Shown: piece by piece, positions 29,069-40,640 of the stretch
How the letters are laid out: the number at the start of each line of letters is the position of its first letter
How positions within the stretch are numbered: position 1 is the first letter of the stretch
Assembly: GCA_051362555.1 (NCBI GenBank)
Contig: CM120645.1
Span: forward strand, 13,640,001 to 13,704,000
Source of the DNA: Lingula anatina
Taxonomy: Eukaryota; Animalia; Brachiopoda
Length of the DNA: 64,000 nt
Direction of reading: 5' to 3'
Position numbers and translations under genes: made by a program
The notes under the pieces: generated by a model
The model's input: only the letters and a program-made list of their open reading frames with translations
What the model was told of the DNA's origin: nothing
Database searches by the model: none

Positions 29069-32000
29069 AAACATTGTACAAGGAATGCACCAAAATAGCC
29101 TCTTCCTTCTTAATATTCTTGGCCTAACAGAGACAGTCCATTCCATTATGATCGTAGTTGGATTAGTAGTGATGCGCATTTAAATGTCAGTGAACCACAT
29201 ACGATGACCTTATGTTGTACATGCTAGTTTCTTTAGTAGACAAGAGGAATGATATATTGTTGTTTGTGTCAAATATTTGTTTTTATAGCACAGAGAAAGA
29301 AAACATAATAAACATCTTTTCATTTCAGCAGAAAACACCGAAGACACATCAGTGATACCTGATCCGTTACACCGACTGTATTCCGTCATCGCACGACCAA
29401 AGCTTTGGTACAAGCTTGATAGGATTGCCCGCCAGGTGGACAGAAACAAAGTCCTGGAGTACAGGGATGAAAATGGATTCAACGTGCTACATGCTGCAGC
29501 GTTTTACAATAACAGTGATGCAGTGCTCACAATACTGAGACATTTTGATTTGGCGACACTTTCCACGCAGGTCACAAGCGGAACTCATCCTGGTGAGCTG
29601 GAAGGCTGCACTGCTAAAGAGATAGCTGTCAAGAGACACAACAAAAGTGTGGCAGACCGAATTGATTCATTAGAAAAAACTGATAGTGGAATGAATGTAA
29701 TCCACAAGGTCGTAAGGAGTCGAAACATTGATAAGTTAAAAGAATTCTGCACTCGTGACCATAATTTGGTAAATATTACTGACTCAGATAATTTTACCCC
29801 GCTGCACTATGCCGCCGGTGTAGGATTCCTAGATGGCGTGAAGCTGCTTCTCAAAATGGGTGCAGACCTGAATGCTGTCACAGAGTCTGGTGAAACAGCC
29901 CTGGGTCGTGCCTGTAGGATGGGATACGATGACGTGGTGGAGTACCTCACTGATTTACCAAACATCGACATCAAGAAAAGTGTGGTGTCAGATATGGGAG
30001 ACATAACGTGCCTCGATGCCGCAGCGTTAGGTAACTTCAGAGACATTTACGACAGGCTGCAGCGCCATGGTTTACCTGTGACCAGCAATACCCTGGTGTG
30101 TGCCGCATGGGGCGGTCACGTCGAGTTAGTGAAAGAAATAGCAGCAATAGACGGAATCGATGTCAATTATCAGAACAAGTACGGGAACACCGCTTTGCAT
30201 TTAGCATCTAGAGATGGTCATGTAGATGTGGTTAGGTATTTGATAAATGAACATAGGGCTGACCCATGTATTCAGAACAACGTCGGAGAGAAACTTCTGT
30301 CTGAAGCATCTAGAAATGTCCATGGAGAATTGGTAAAGTATTTGGTAGATGAACATGAGATGGAGCCAACCATTGTAAATAACAAAGGAGAAAATCCAGC
30401 ACACTTGGCATCAAGCAGTGGACAAGTGCAGTGTTTGGATGCCATTCTGAGAACACATATTGGATTGAAGAACAAACGAGGTAATCTCAACAAAGGGAGT
30501 CTGGTTTATTTAGTCCGCGGTAGTGATAGAGGAAGACCTGCGTGGCATTATGTTCTCGTCAAGAGGAAGCTTCTTGCGGACTTCTTAGTAAAAATAAAAG
30601 GTAAAATTATAGAGTTGGAAGATTACGGGAAGGTGCTGTCCTCAGGATGGGGAGAAGATCCTCCCGATGACATTAGACAGAAGATGAATGACAAGTACAA
30701 TACGTGTAAAGATTCCTCACACGAGGATCTAACCCCGCTCCACCACGCCGTTCTAGAACAACACCCCGCTGTGGTGGAGAAACTTCTGGAACTTGGGGCT
30801 GCGATTGACGTCCGTGATGCGTACAAACTGACGCCGCTGCACTTGGCCAGCATGTGCGGTAACAGAGAAATTGTAAAACTACTGGTGGAAGCAGGGGCAG
30901 ACACAATGGCGGCAGACGACGATGACGACACCCCACTGGACGTGGCAAAACTCAACCACCAGGATCTCATTGTTGCTTTTTTGGAGAAGGTTGAGATAGT
31001 GAAATTCGTTAGAGTAAGTGGAATTTCGAAGCCAATAAGAGATAACTTGAAATTATCGATAGTGATAATGCAATAAAATTATATATTAGTTTCAAAGTTA
31101 AATTTTTCAATAATATAGGGTTTAAGATCTTAAAAAGTAATTGAAGTTTGATGTGCGAATTAACCTAGTTAATCTGATATAAACGTAGTACAAGTGCCGC
31201 CTGCTTATAGTTAAGCCATATGACGTACTACATGTTCCGCCAGCAGCCTTAAGCTACACAATGCCTTAAGCGGCCCACCGCTTAATTCTTAACTAACTTG
31301 AGTTCTGTAGCAGCACACCCATGGCTCCACATTTTTTTTTTTTTTTTTTTGCATGGTTTCACTTATTCCAGATCAAAAATGTCAACAAACGAGAAGATCT
31401 TGAGAAGGAGGAATGCCTAAAGGAATGTATTTTTTATCAAAATTTTATGCACATTACAGGATAGCATTCAACAACCAGTCAAAGATGTTATGGGTTTACT
31501 AGAACACGGCCTTGACAATGACGTCACAGCGGATGTTTTGAAGACCCAGCTTCATGATATAAGTATGCAACTTTGATATTTTCTTTGTCGATGAGACACT
31601 CTCCATAACATTTATGTAAGCTTGGGGAACCACTAAGTACAGAACAATATTCGACCATCTATATTCATTTAATCCTAAGATCTAATAAACAGATATATAT
31701 GGTATATTAGATCTTTGTTTAATCAGATAGACTTGACGTGCGCATTTGCCTTTGAATTAAACTTAACAGAATACACTTACGGACAGAACTCATCAACACT
31801 CATGTATTTAAACATGCAATATGTATACTCAGGCCTGTAGCCAGCAATTTCAAAAGGGGGGTTCTTTTTCTGAAAAAGTGGACTTTTTTCCAAAAAAAAT
31901 TCATGTACCTAGATCAAATTTAACCCAGAGTGGACCTTTTCCCAGCAAAAGGGGCGGTTCTTTCGAACCCCCCGAACCCCCCCTGGCTACGGGCCTGATA

Positions 32001-32257
32001 CTACGAAAGTTCTAATTTTTCCCGGCACGCTGAAAGAAATTAGTGTAGTGTAAATATAAAGTTTTTATGCATGGTCTAATGTTTTATATATCTTCTGTTA
32101 GTGTCTATTTCAACGAATCAAGCAAATTCTAATCACTTTTATTTCAGTCCAGCGGTTGACGACGGGAGGCTTTTCTTGTTTGGCAAAACTAAATCCAGAA
32201 GATTCTTCGAAACATTTTGAAAAAACAAATACCAATAAAACCGACGACGGGGAGTGA
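26140..32257 (+). CDS. CIDE-N / RHIM / ankyrin-repeat protein, copy A (766 aa, six coding exons)
   Basis: Exons 26140-26242, 28483-28638, 28776-28919, 29329-31013, 31460-31562 and 32148-32257, all GT-AG, total 2301 nt in one open frame. Exons 1-2 (MDSTCIIYSCDRQKRETCMLTTMETLLQDARELLGYRQDDQLSVVLEREGARITKEDVL...LELMILNLTRQESW) fit the CIDE-N pattern DR..K....SL.EL..KA...L.....LVLE.DG.....D......LM.L...Q.W. Exon 3 has ISINQSQNIQIGDGN (RHIM). Exon 4 has ~13 ankyrin repeats (TPLH/TALH). Exon boundaries are conserved in paralogue B. Confidence 0.85.
26504..27888. mobile_element. Foldback-type non-autonomous DNA element (~1.4 kb) in intron 1 of copy A
   Basis: Ends tgtaccatgaaaatctgactcccc and gggagtcagattttcatgttaca are inverted. 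Subterminal gactcccc/ggggagtc repeats; ~175-bp internal units occur twice on the left and three times, inverted, on the right. Confidence 0.75.
29021..29066. repeat. (AT)n microsatellite
   Basis: Directly visible in intron 3 of copy A. Confidence 0.95.
31830..31997. mobile_element. 168-bp MITE with 5-bp TSD (ATACT)
   Basis: TIRs CAGGCCTGTAGCCAG / CTGGCTACGGGCCTG; atact flanks both sides (31825-31829 and 31998-32002); intronic in copy A. Confidence 0.85.
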
Positions 32258-33110
32258 ATCGAGGAGATTCTAGCTATAAATATATGCGGTGTATAGGGTT
32301 CCAGTTCATTGACCTTTTTCACAATCGAGCCATACACAAAGATTGAATCTTAAGCAGCCAACGGTGATATTCTGATTTTCTAATACACGAAATTTAAATT
32401 TCTAGTCTTTTTATACCATATCAGTTCCTTTTAGTAGAGGGATTCACATTGTAGAATTTTTTTTATTGAATCAGTATATCTTCTACAAGCTGTGTTTATT
32501 ACAATAATAAGAGGCACATATAATGCAAACCTCTAAATGGGAAATGCAGGAAATAATTGCCCACAAATTGGATTCTATCAATAAATTTAATGCATGTTCC
32601 CTGGTAATATGCAAGGGATTAAAATAGAAAGACCAGCAGTGACTTCATGCAAAGAATAAAGGCAAGACTTCAAATTTGATACCAGCATGCAGCATGAGAA
32701 TGGCAATGAAATTTTAATTCATATCTTTGTTATTTTAATTTGAAATTGATTTGATTGTGTGCCAGTCATTAAGAAACAATTTGTTACATTATGGCATTTG
32801 GTAAGACAATGTTATACCCTACTTTGTATTATTTAAAGATAAAAATGGTTAAAGAATATCTTTACTTTGCCGAAATTTCAAACATAAACAAAAGAATAAT
32901 TGTGAGATGATGTCATGGCTAGGCAGAATTAAAATATAATGTGCAGATTTTCGGCTTTTTATAACATCAGCGCTGTCGCCAAAATATAATAAAACTGGAA
33001 AGAATACAGCAAAATTTCGATTAACAGACGCACTGTAAAATAATGTTATGGTTATCTATATAGCTTTTGTTTAGCGACTCAAATAATATGTTGATAGGTA
33101 CTGGTAGTTT

Positions 33111-33411
33111 CTAGAAAGGCATGCGGAGAGCGCAGACCTCCGCCAAGATTGTGGTAGTTGAGAGCACCTCTATTGCCTAAGGTCATTGGCCATATCTGGA
33201 AATGCTGTAGAATCCTTTAAAATATACTTGGATCCAGATAAGATGGTGATCCGGTTCAATGCCAAAATTTAATCAACTTACATGTAGGTAAGCCTATTGC
33301 CGATCTGAAGATCCTGAAGATTTCTAAATCCATCAGTAACGTTTTTAGTTAGGCTGGTGATGAACAGAAAGACAAACGGAGGAGAAAAAATAACCTCCGC
33401 TAAGGCAATAA
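33111..33411 (-). mobile_element. HINE/Helentron-like non-autonomous element
   Basis: On the minus strand it starts ttattgccttagcggaggtta and ends cttggcggaggtctgcgctctccgcatgcctttctag, resembling the subterminal-repeat plus 3' hairpin/CTAG layout I recall for Helentron-associated elements. Confidence 0.45.
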
Positions 33412-34158
33412 TCAAAATACCTATATTTATTTTCTCCACATTAAATTATTCATTTTATTTTTCGCAGTAGAACCCCCCCCCCCCCCCCCCCCCAATTAAA
33501 TCCGTTGAAAATTGCATTAAATAAAGAAAGGAGAGTCGCAAGATTTGGTGACAAGGGAAGATTTGGAGTCTAGCACAGGAAAAGAAGATTATTTGAACCA
33601 CTAGCAAGAGGTAAGTGTATTCATTAAATGAATCGTAAAAAATGCAAATATTTAGCACTAGGTATATTTTATTTTATTGCGGTTGGAAAATGTGGTATTT
33701 GGTATGGCAAATAAAATGATATCTTGCCATCTTTTATATTATGGCCTATTTCGCATGTGGATTTAATAGTACATGTAGAAGTTGATCTTAATTTTAAGAC
33801 CAAATTTAAAATCTATTTTCATCAGTATGGTTTATTTCATTGTTACAAGGCGCCTGTTTTGCATGGGATGATCCACTGGGAAATATATATTATCTGAATC
33901 AAATCAGTATCTTATCGGTGTTGAGATCGATTTAGGTTTCAACATTACGAACTATTATATCAGATTAGAAAATATCACCTCGACAGTGATGATAATTTCA
34001 TTATCAAGCTTAACACCACCAGAACTCCATAGCACCGCGTGTTTTATCGTGAACTAGACCAATGGCATAGAATTTACAAGCACGGACGACTAAAACAGTG
34101 AATTGTTTCGGACGAAGAGTACTTTCCGACGAAGCAGTTTTAGAAAGCCACGCGCAGC

Positions 34159-37100
34159 ATGGGGATGGCACTAACATTAAGTGTGTTCATATTACTGACG
34201 CTTTTGCAGACTCAAAACCATGTAACAGGTAAGTTCATTTTTATTTCATCCTAACAAAGCTTAGTTTGGGGCCTAAAGTTGTTCATTTAATTTTTTTTCG
34301 GAATCGCTGAAATGAATATGTTAATGAAAGTTAAAGTGAACAGCATGAGCACTGACGACAGCCATCATGGATGTTTCCATGATACACTCTTCTTAATTGC
34401 TTTTTCTATTTTTAGCCCAGCTATTTATTAGAATTATGCTCAAAGAGCTGATGAATGCAAACAGGGAAAGTCAGTCAGCGATGCTACGTAATATTGGCCC
34501 AGCCACCGGTCCTTGTTGATAGAAATGTGATAGTAATTCCTTTACTAAAACCTTTTGGATATAATGGAACCCCATTTTTCTGTCTCTTTATTCGACAGAG
34601 CGCCGTAAACTTAACTGATGCTTTACCAACCAAATGCTATAATGTCGCTTTTAAAATAGATACTCAAAAATTATCAAGTGTATAATAGATAGGCAATATA
34701 CATGTATGTCTACAATTATTTTATGTTTCGTTACTTAAACTTTTATCAGGTACCTTATTATCACCATGTTTATCTTTTAAACTGACAATTAAGTGAAGGC
34801 AGTATTTTATTTTTCCATCAACGTTCAAGATTGTGCCAGAGTGACCTACGAGGTGATAATCACTACTGGAAACGACAAACATGATGGTATCCATGCTCCA
34901 CTTCGAGTAAAAGTTGTCGGGTCTAAAGCAACACTGACAGTGGGGAGATTAGACAAGAGAATTGAAATAACGAAGGACTCAAGGTAACTCTCTCTCTCTC
35001 TCTCCCCCCCCTTTCTATCTCTCTTTCTCTCTCTTGCCTTGATCAACCGGGAAATGACAACACAATCAGTAATGAAACAAGTAAAACCGCATATATTACC
35101 AACTTAAATGCAACAACATATTTGTAACTGTACTAGACCCTTATTTAACATATCTTAGTTGTGTCAGCTAAGTTCTTATTTACTGCCTTTTTGGTTTAAC
35201 GACTCTTTTTACACAGTATACATAAAGTTAATTTCCGTTTATACCTGACTTTGTAAACAGATACTACTTTGAAAAGCTTGCTGCATTCTTTCAGGAAAAC
35301 TCTTAAGGGTTCCGCTGAAAGTTTAGGAGACATAAAAGAGGCAATCATCACTATAAAAGGTGACGACACAATAGGGATATTAAAGGTAATATACCCCCGG
35401 AGTCTTATAGAGCTGTAGGTGACTTTTCTCTGCTCAGCATGTTTTATTTATTTATTTATTTTTTGTCGCAATGAGTCGGGTATTTTTTATTCAAAAACTG
35501 GAAATAGCTTGAATAATATAAATATGCAATAAAGAGGCTACAACAGGTCTAATATTAGTTAACAATATCAAATTGATAAGTAAAATGCAATAATTGTTAT
35601 GTGTTACGAATTTGTCGGTGTATTACATCTCTTCAGCCTTTAATATCCTGAACTTAACATATGGTAATACAAGCTATTTCTTACTTGGCAGATAGAAGTC
35701 AAACAGCAGTCCAAAATACTAGCAGAATTCATATGCAAATGCAAAATTAGTGGCGGGTCAAAAAGGGGCATTTTCTCTAAAAGTAAGTGTGACGGGTGAC
35801 ACTCCAATACAAAAGAGAAGACTGTATTTGTACTCATACGGTTGATTTATTGTCTCTTTACACAAACTTGTGTGAGGATACTTATGTGTGTATGGTTCAA
35901 ATCTGTAAAGTAAAATAAAATAAAAAATGCTTAAATAACTGACAAAAACCCTAGAGCACATTATATATAGATATAAAGAAACAAACAGATAAATAAATAT
36001 TAATAAAGTGAATACATTAAATAATAAAGAAAAATGACACTTCTTTTGCAATTATCCACGAGTCGACGCCCAAATTTCACTGAGACTTGTAAATACCACA
36101 ATATATTTACCTAAAACTAAATTTTAACTCAATATGAATTTGATAGTAACAATGGCAGTTGTATAAAGTAAAGTAAATGAAACTTACAATTTTTTGTCCT
36201 CTTTTGTATGACAAATTTCTAACTTCTTGGATGTCTGCATAAAATTCAACTGCTTGCTTCTAAGCTTTCTGTGTAATCAACTACTCATGCTTGGTGGCAG
36301 TGTCTATTATTGATAGGGGTGAGTGGACTATATTAAACAGTAGGGGTGTCAGGTTATGCCCTTTACAGTAAGAGCATTTCTCTACATATCGTACACTTGT
36401 AACCACTGCAGGCTTATGTACTCTCGCGTATTTATTAACAAGAATCAGTTACTGTGTTATAATTGTCTTGTTTGAGTTTTTTATTTGCCTAAAGGCAGTC
36501 TCATTTGCCTGATTTGCAGAAAAGCATATGCAAAACATTTGGGTTCTTTAAACCTCTCTTCTCTGCCAGAGTTTCTTCTACTGTTGCTCTTCCTTCATTA
36601 TTATGGTAACCGCTGCCTCTACCTCTAAATCAAGTCTTTTTCTTGACGTTTTCAGTGTCTTCATATCACAAACGTAAACACTGCTATTGTTTTTTGTTTA
36701 CTGTATACTCTGCAAATACCTCATCTTAGACATATATTAGCACGTGCCACTCTCCGGGCAAAACATGTTTAAAGACAAATATTTATAGTGGTAGGAAACT
36801 GCGTGTCAATGGCCTGTCGCCAGCACTTAAATAGTGTTTGATTTTGTAATATTACAGTAAAATGATGGTATTTTTGTAATAGAACGGGCATGAATGGCAA
36901 GATTTCTCAATTGTCGGTTATTGATTTAATATACGTGTAGTGTTTCTTTCAAGAACTGGTTGTGAAGAAACCGGCAAATCCAATTCAGTCGACAAGCAAG
37001 ACAAATCCGATACGAACAACAAAGAAAATAACGACGACGACATCAACAAGAAAAACAACAGTCAAAACTTCTGCCAAAAAGGCATCGACGACAGCGTCAA

Positions 37101-38884
37101 AGATAGCACAGGCGGTTAATACCGCTACAAAGAAAACGTCAACGACATTGTCAAAGGCAACATCGGCAGTTGAAACAACTGAAAAATTGACAGCAACGAC
37201 AGGGTCAAAGACAACATCGGCAGTTAAAACGGATGCAAGGAAAACGTCCAGAAAATTGTCACAGGCAACATCGGCAGTTGAAACAACTGCAAAAATGACA
37301 GCAACGACAGTGTCAAAGACAATGTTGATTGAACCTTCCAAAACCAACCACGACAAAGCAGCTGCTTTTTCTGGAGGTAAAATATATTTTACAAAATTAC
37401 ATTTAATTTGCACCCAGTCCTTAACATCACAACTAGTTACCAAAACTTAGAATAAGTACAAGTGAATCTCAAATTGTTATATTATTACGTGTATCATTGT
37501 ATAAGGTTTGAAGAACAGGAAACCTTTGCGTCACCTCGGATAAATATTTAATTTTTTTTAATATGTAACGTCATTGAACTATTGGAAGTATGCTGATATT
37601 ACATCGTGTGAGTATTCCATTAATTGGTTCTTAAATTATATTTGTAATAACTGATTTTCCTCAATGTTTTATTATTACAGGACCCGCCAGCACATGGTCT
37701 TACAGTTGGGTCATGTGTGGGAGTTGTGCTTATAGTTACAACTGCCCTGGTCTTAACACTGCTGTTATTACGCCGAAGGTATTATTTTAGCTACTCTTGC
37801 ACACGTTAAATGTTAAGACTTAAGATCTGAATTAATTATAAAACATTTGTGTCTGAGCTTAAACTGTCTGTGGGCGCTTATTGTACGAGGTATAAATATA
37901 AAAACAGCAAGAGGTAGGAAATGTCCCCTCCCCATTAAGCACCTGCACCGACAGAAGATATTTGCCTGAAAGTTAAACGCTACAACAACATAGAGACGCA
38001 TAGATCTTAATAAAACTTGTTTAAGAGCCAAGAGTTTTATATTTATATTATAAAGCCTTTTCAAAAGTATCAAAAAGACATAAGTCCTATCTAAACAGTT
38101 GCATCAACTGACCACCAAATCTGGCTGACCAAAACATATGAAGTTATAGTTGTTGAGAATGTTTTTTTGTACACTGACAAACAATAGAAAATGGCCATCG
38201 TCCCAGTGTCACGAGGTTTAAACACCCTGAAGATTCACCCAACTATCTCTGCATTAATTACCACGCGATTTCTTACATGGTTATCTTATTTGTAAACTTG
38301 TGGTGCATTTAGTAACACGAATTTTACTTTTCTTAAACTTGCAATTAAACATGCAGCATGTTCACGCACATGTATACTTGCTGTATACAGTATGTGCTCT
38401 CACTGTAAATAAATTCATGAAATTTTCCAGATCAGCAGCCAATATTTCTGCACCTGAGAAAGACATAGATAACACAAGTATCACAAACCCATCCTATTCC
38501 CTGGAGTACTCGTGCGCGAACAATGAATATATAAACCTTGGCTTTGGCGGCGAGAAAGAATACAGTAGTGACACATTCAAACGGCACCAAGATGGACGTG
38601 AAAAGAATTCCACGCTTCCAAGCTCGGAATCAAATGCGCCCGCAAACAACTGTACACACGAGATTTCAAACAAAGGCGATAGCGGTTACTTGAACACCCA
38701 TGATAGTGAAGGCGGCATAAATGTACAAAAACCAACGGAAGAGGACACGTGTGATTTTGTAAAAATGGTGCAAAATGATACCTACGCCTCCAACCTTGAT
38801 ATCGATGACACAGAGACCATGGTGCAGAATTACAGCTGTGATGACGGCACGGTAGATAATGAACTATATATTTACAGTGAATAA
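34159..38884 (+). CDS. Type I membrane protein: signal peptide, PLAT/LH2 domain, Thr/Lys-rich mucin-like stalk, TM helix, Tyr-motif cytoplasmic tail (~480 aa)
   Basis: Exons 34159-34228 (MGMALTLSVFILLTLLQ), 34416-34487 (less certain, phase 1-1), 34830-34983 (YEVIITTGNDKHDG..LRVKVVGSK), 35295-35385 (LGDIKEAII), 35692-35782 (EFICKCKI), 36954-37376 (Thr-rich), 37691-37778 (GLTVGSCVGVVLIVTTALVLTLLLLRRR) and 38431-38884 join in frame (1443 nt). The TM exon needs the AG at 37689-37690, not the AG at 37679-37680. Confidence 0.75.
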
Positions 38885-39632
38885 TGAATTGTCTTGTAAT
38901 TGTACTAGCTTTATCAAATATGATATTTGCACTTGTGGCAACATTCAGATATTGCATAAAACAACCGAGAAGAGTGTCAGACATTTAAATATTTAATGTG
39001 TTCGAACTAATCATTGAATGTCTGCACAACAGCAGACTTTACGAAAGGCCAAAAAATCTGTCAGACATTCGGTCTGACAAGCCTGAAAATTTTGTCAGAC
39101 TGAAACAAAATCTGTCAGACCGAAGTAAAAAAAATAGAAATATAAACCATTATTCGTGTTTTCATGTGTATTTTATAATGTTTAAATCATTGACATTAAA
39201 TCAAATATTATTTTTTTGATATATGTCAGAGAATTAAGCTCTCCTGGGTTGGGAGATCACAACAAAAGGGGGGAGAAGAAAAATCGGGGCCATGCTGAAT
39301 GGCTGTTTCGGATGATTGTAGAGGAGTTTTAGGCGCTGTTGTCTTTCCTGGCAGTATTGTTCAATGACACCACTTTGCCTTAGGAACCTTTATGCACTTA
39401 TTTGTTATCATAATGAAGTGCATTGTAATTCAGACCTAGGACCGGGACAGTTCAAGGACGTATCGGGGAAACACGATTACGCAAGGATAAAAGATTTACC
39501 TCTGAAACACCGAGAGTTACTAGTTCACAACATGCACCTGTGACAGTAGGTTTACATGAGATGTAGTACTGTATGAATATAGAATAAATAATTTTGGAAG
39601 CGTTCTAAGCGCTGTTGTTTTTCCTGACAATT

Positions 39633-39649
39633 TGGGGGCTCGTCCGGGA
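39633..39649 (+). promoter_or_regulatory. Primer-binding site complementary to the 3' end of tRNA-Pro
   Basis: TGGGGGCTCGTCCGGGA begins 3 nt after the 5' LTR and matches the well-known tRNA-Pro PBS of MLV. Confidence 0.9.
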
Positions 39650-39921
39650 ACTGAATAAAGACAGCGGAACGATGCTGACTGTGGAACAACCGATATCAAC
39701 ATGTGCCGTGAGTTGCAGCCTTGATAACTATAATAACTGTGCGATGCTCAGTGTAGTGAAACGAACTGACTGGAACATATGCTATCATACCGTTAGCTAC
39801 AGTTGTGTGCCATGTGATACTGGATGTGGACTGGTGTAATGAACGTTATAGCCCATGCAGCTGACAGTGTTTATTCAAGTTGATCAACTGACACTTAAAT
39901 GTTATCAGTGACCGTAGAGTA

Positions 39922-40355
39922 GTGCATTACAAAAGTGTGTAATGTGTTGGTACTGCCTAACAGTGGTTAGCAGTAATACAGTTGTGTCCTATATATAGTG
40001 GTGTTGTGCATTACAAAAGTGTGTAATGTGTTGGTTCTGTCTAACAGTGGTTAGCAGTAATACAGTTGTGCCCTATAGTGGTGTTGTGCATTACAAAAGT
40101 GTGTAATGTGTTGGTACTGCCTAACAGTGGTTAGCAGTAATACAGTTGTGCCCTATAGTGGTGTTGTGCATTACAAAAGTGTGTAATGTGTTGGTTCTGT
40201 CTAACAGTGGTTAGCAGTAATACAGTTGTGCCCTATAGTGGTGTTGTGCATTACAAAAGTGTGTAATGTGTTGGTTCTGTCTAACAGTGGTTAGCAGTAA
40301 TACAGTTGTACCTAATGGTAGTGTTCATATTACAAAGAGAAGTAATGTGTTGGTA
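39922..40355 (+). repeat. Tandem array of ~80-bp units (5 copies plus a degenerate one) in the LTR element leader
   Basis: gtgcattacaaaagtgtgtaatgtgttgg... recurs at 39922, 40006, 40086, 40166 and 40246. Confidence 0.9.
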
Positions 40356-40640
40356 TGATGATTTAGTGTTACCTTTAGTTGTGTTTACTTTACAAGCAGT
40401 ACAGTATGTGGATATATTCAACAGTGATAAATTACAGGAGTGTAATTAAGTGAAGTGTAGTAACAGTACATGTAGGTGGTAGTGTGCTGTAGTGATGCTG
40501 TGTGGTAATATAGAACTGTAGAGTGCTAAGTGTACTTAAGTGATTTAGTAAAGCACTGTTGTACGTAGAGTAGTGTGTAGCACTCTTTAGTTGAGTAGAT
40601 ATTCATTTTTCCTATAGACGGCTAGAAAACATCCTACAGC

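Noticed and set aside
29352-31076. 574-aa ORF as a stand-alone intronless or bacterial ankyrin gene
   Set aside because: It begins at GTG just after a splice acceptor and runs past a gtaagt donor at 31014 that is conserved in copy B, so it is an internal exon.
36985-37443. 152-aa hydrophobic minus-strand ORF
   Set aside because: Antisense shadow of the Thr/Lys-rich stalk exon.
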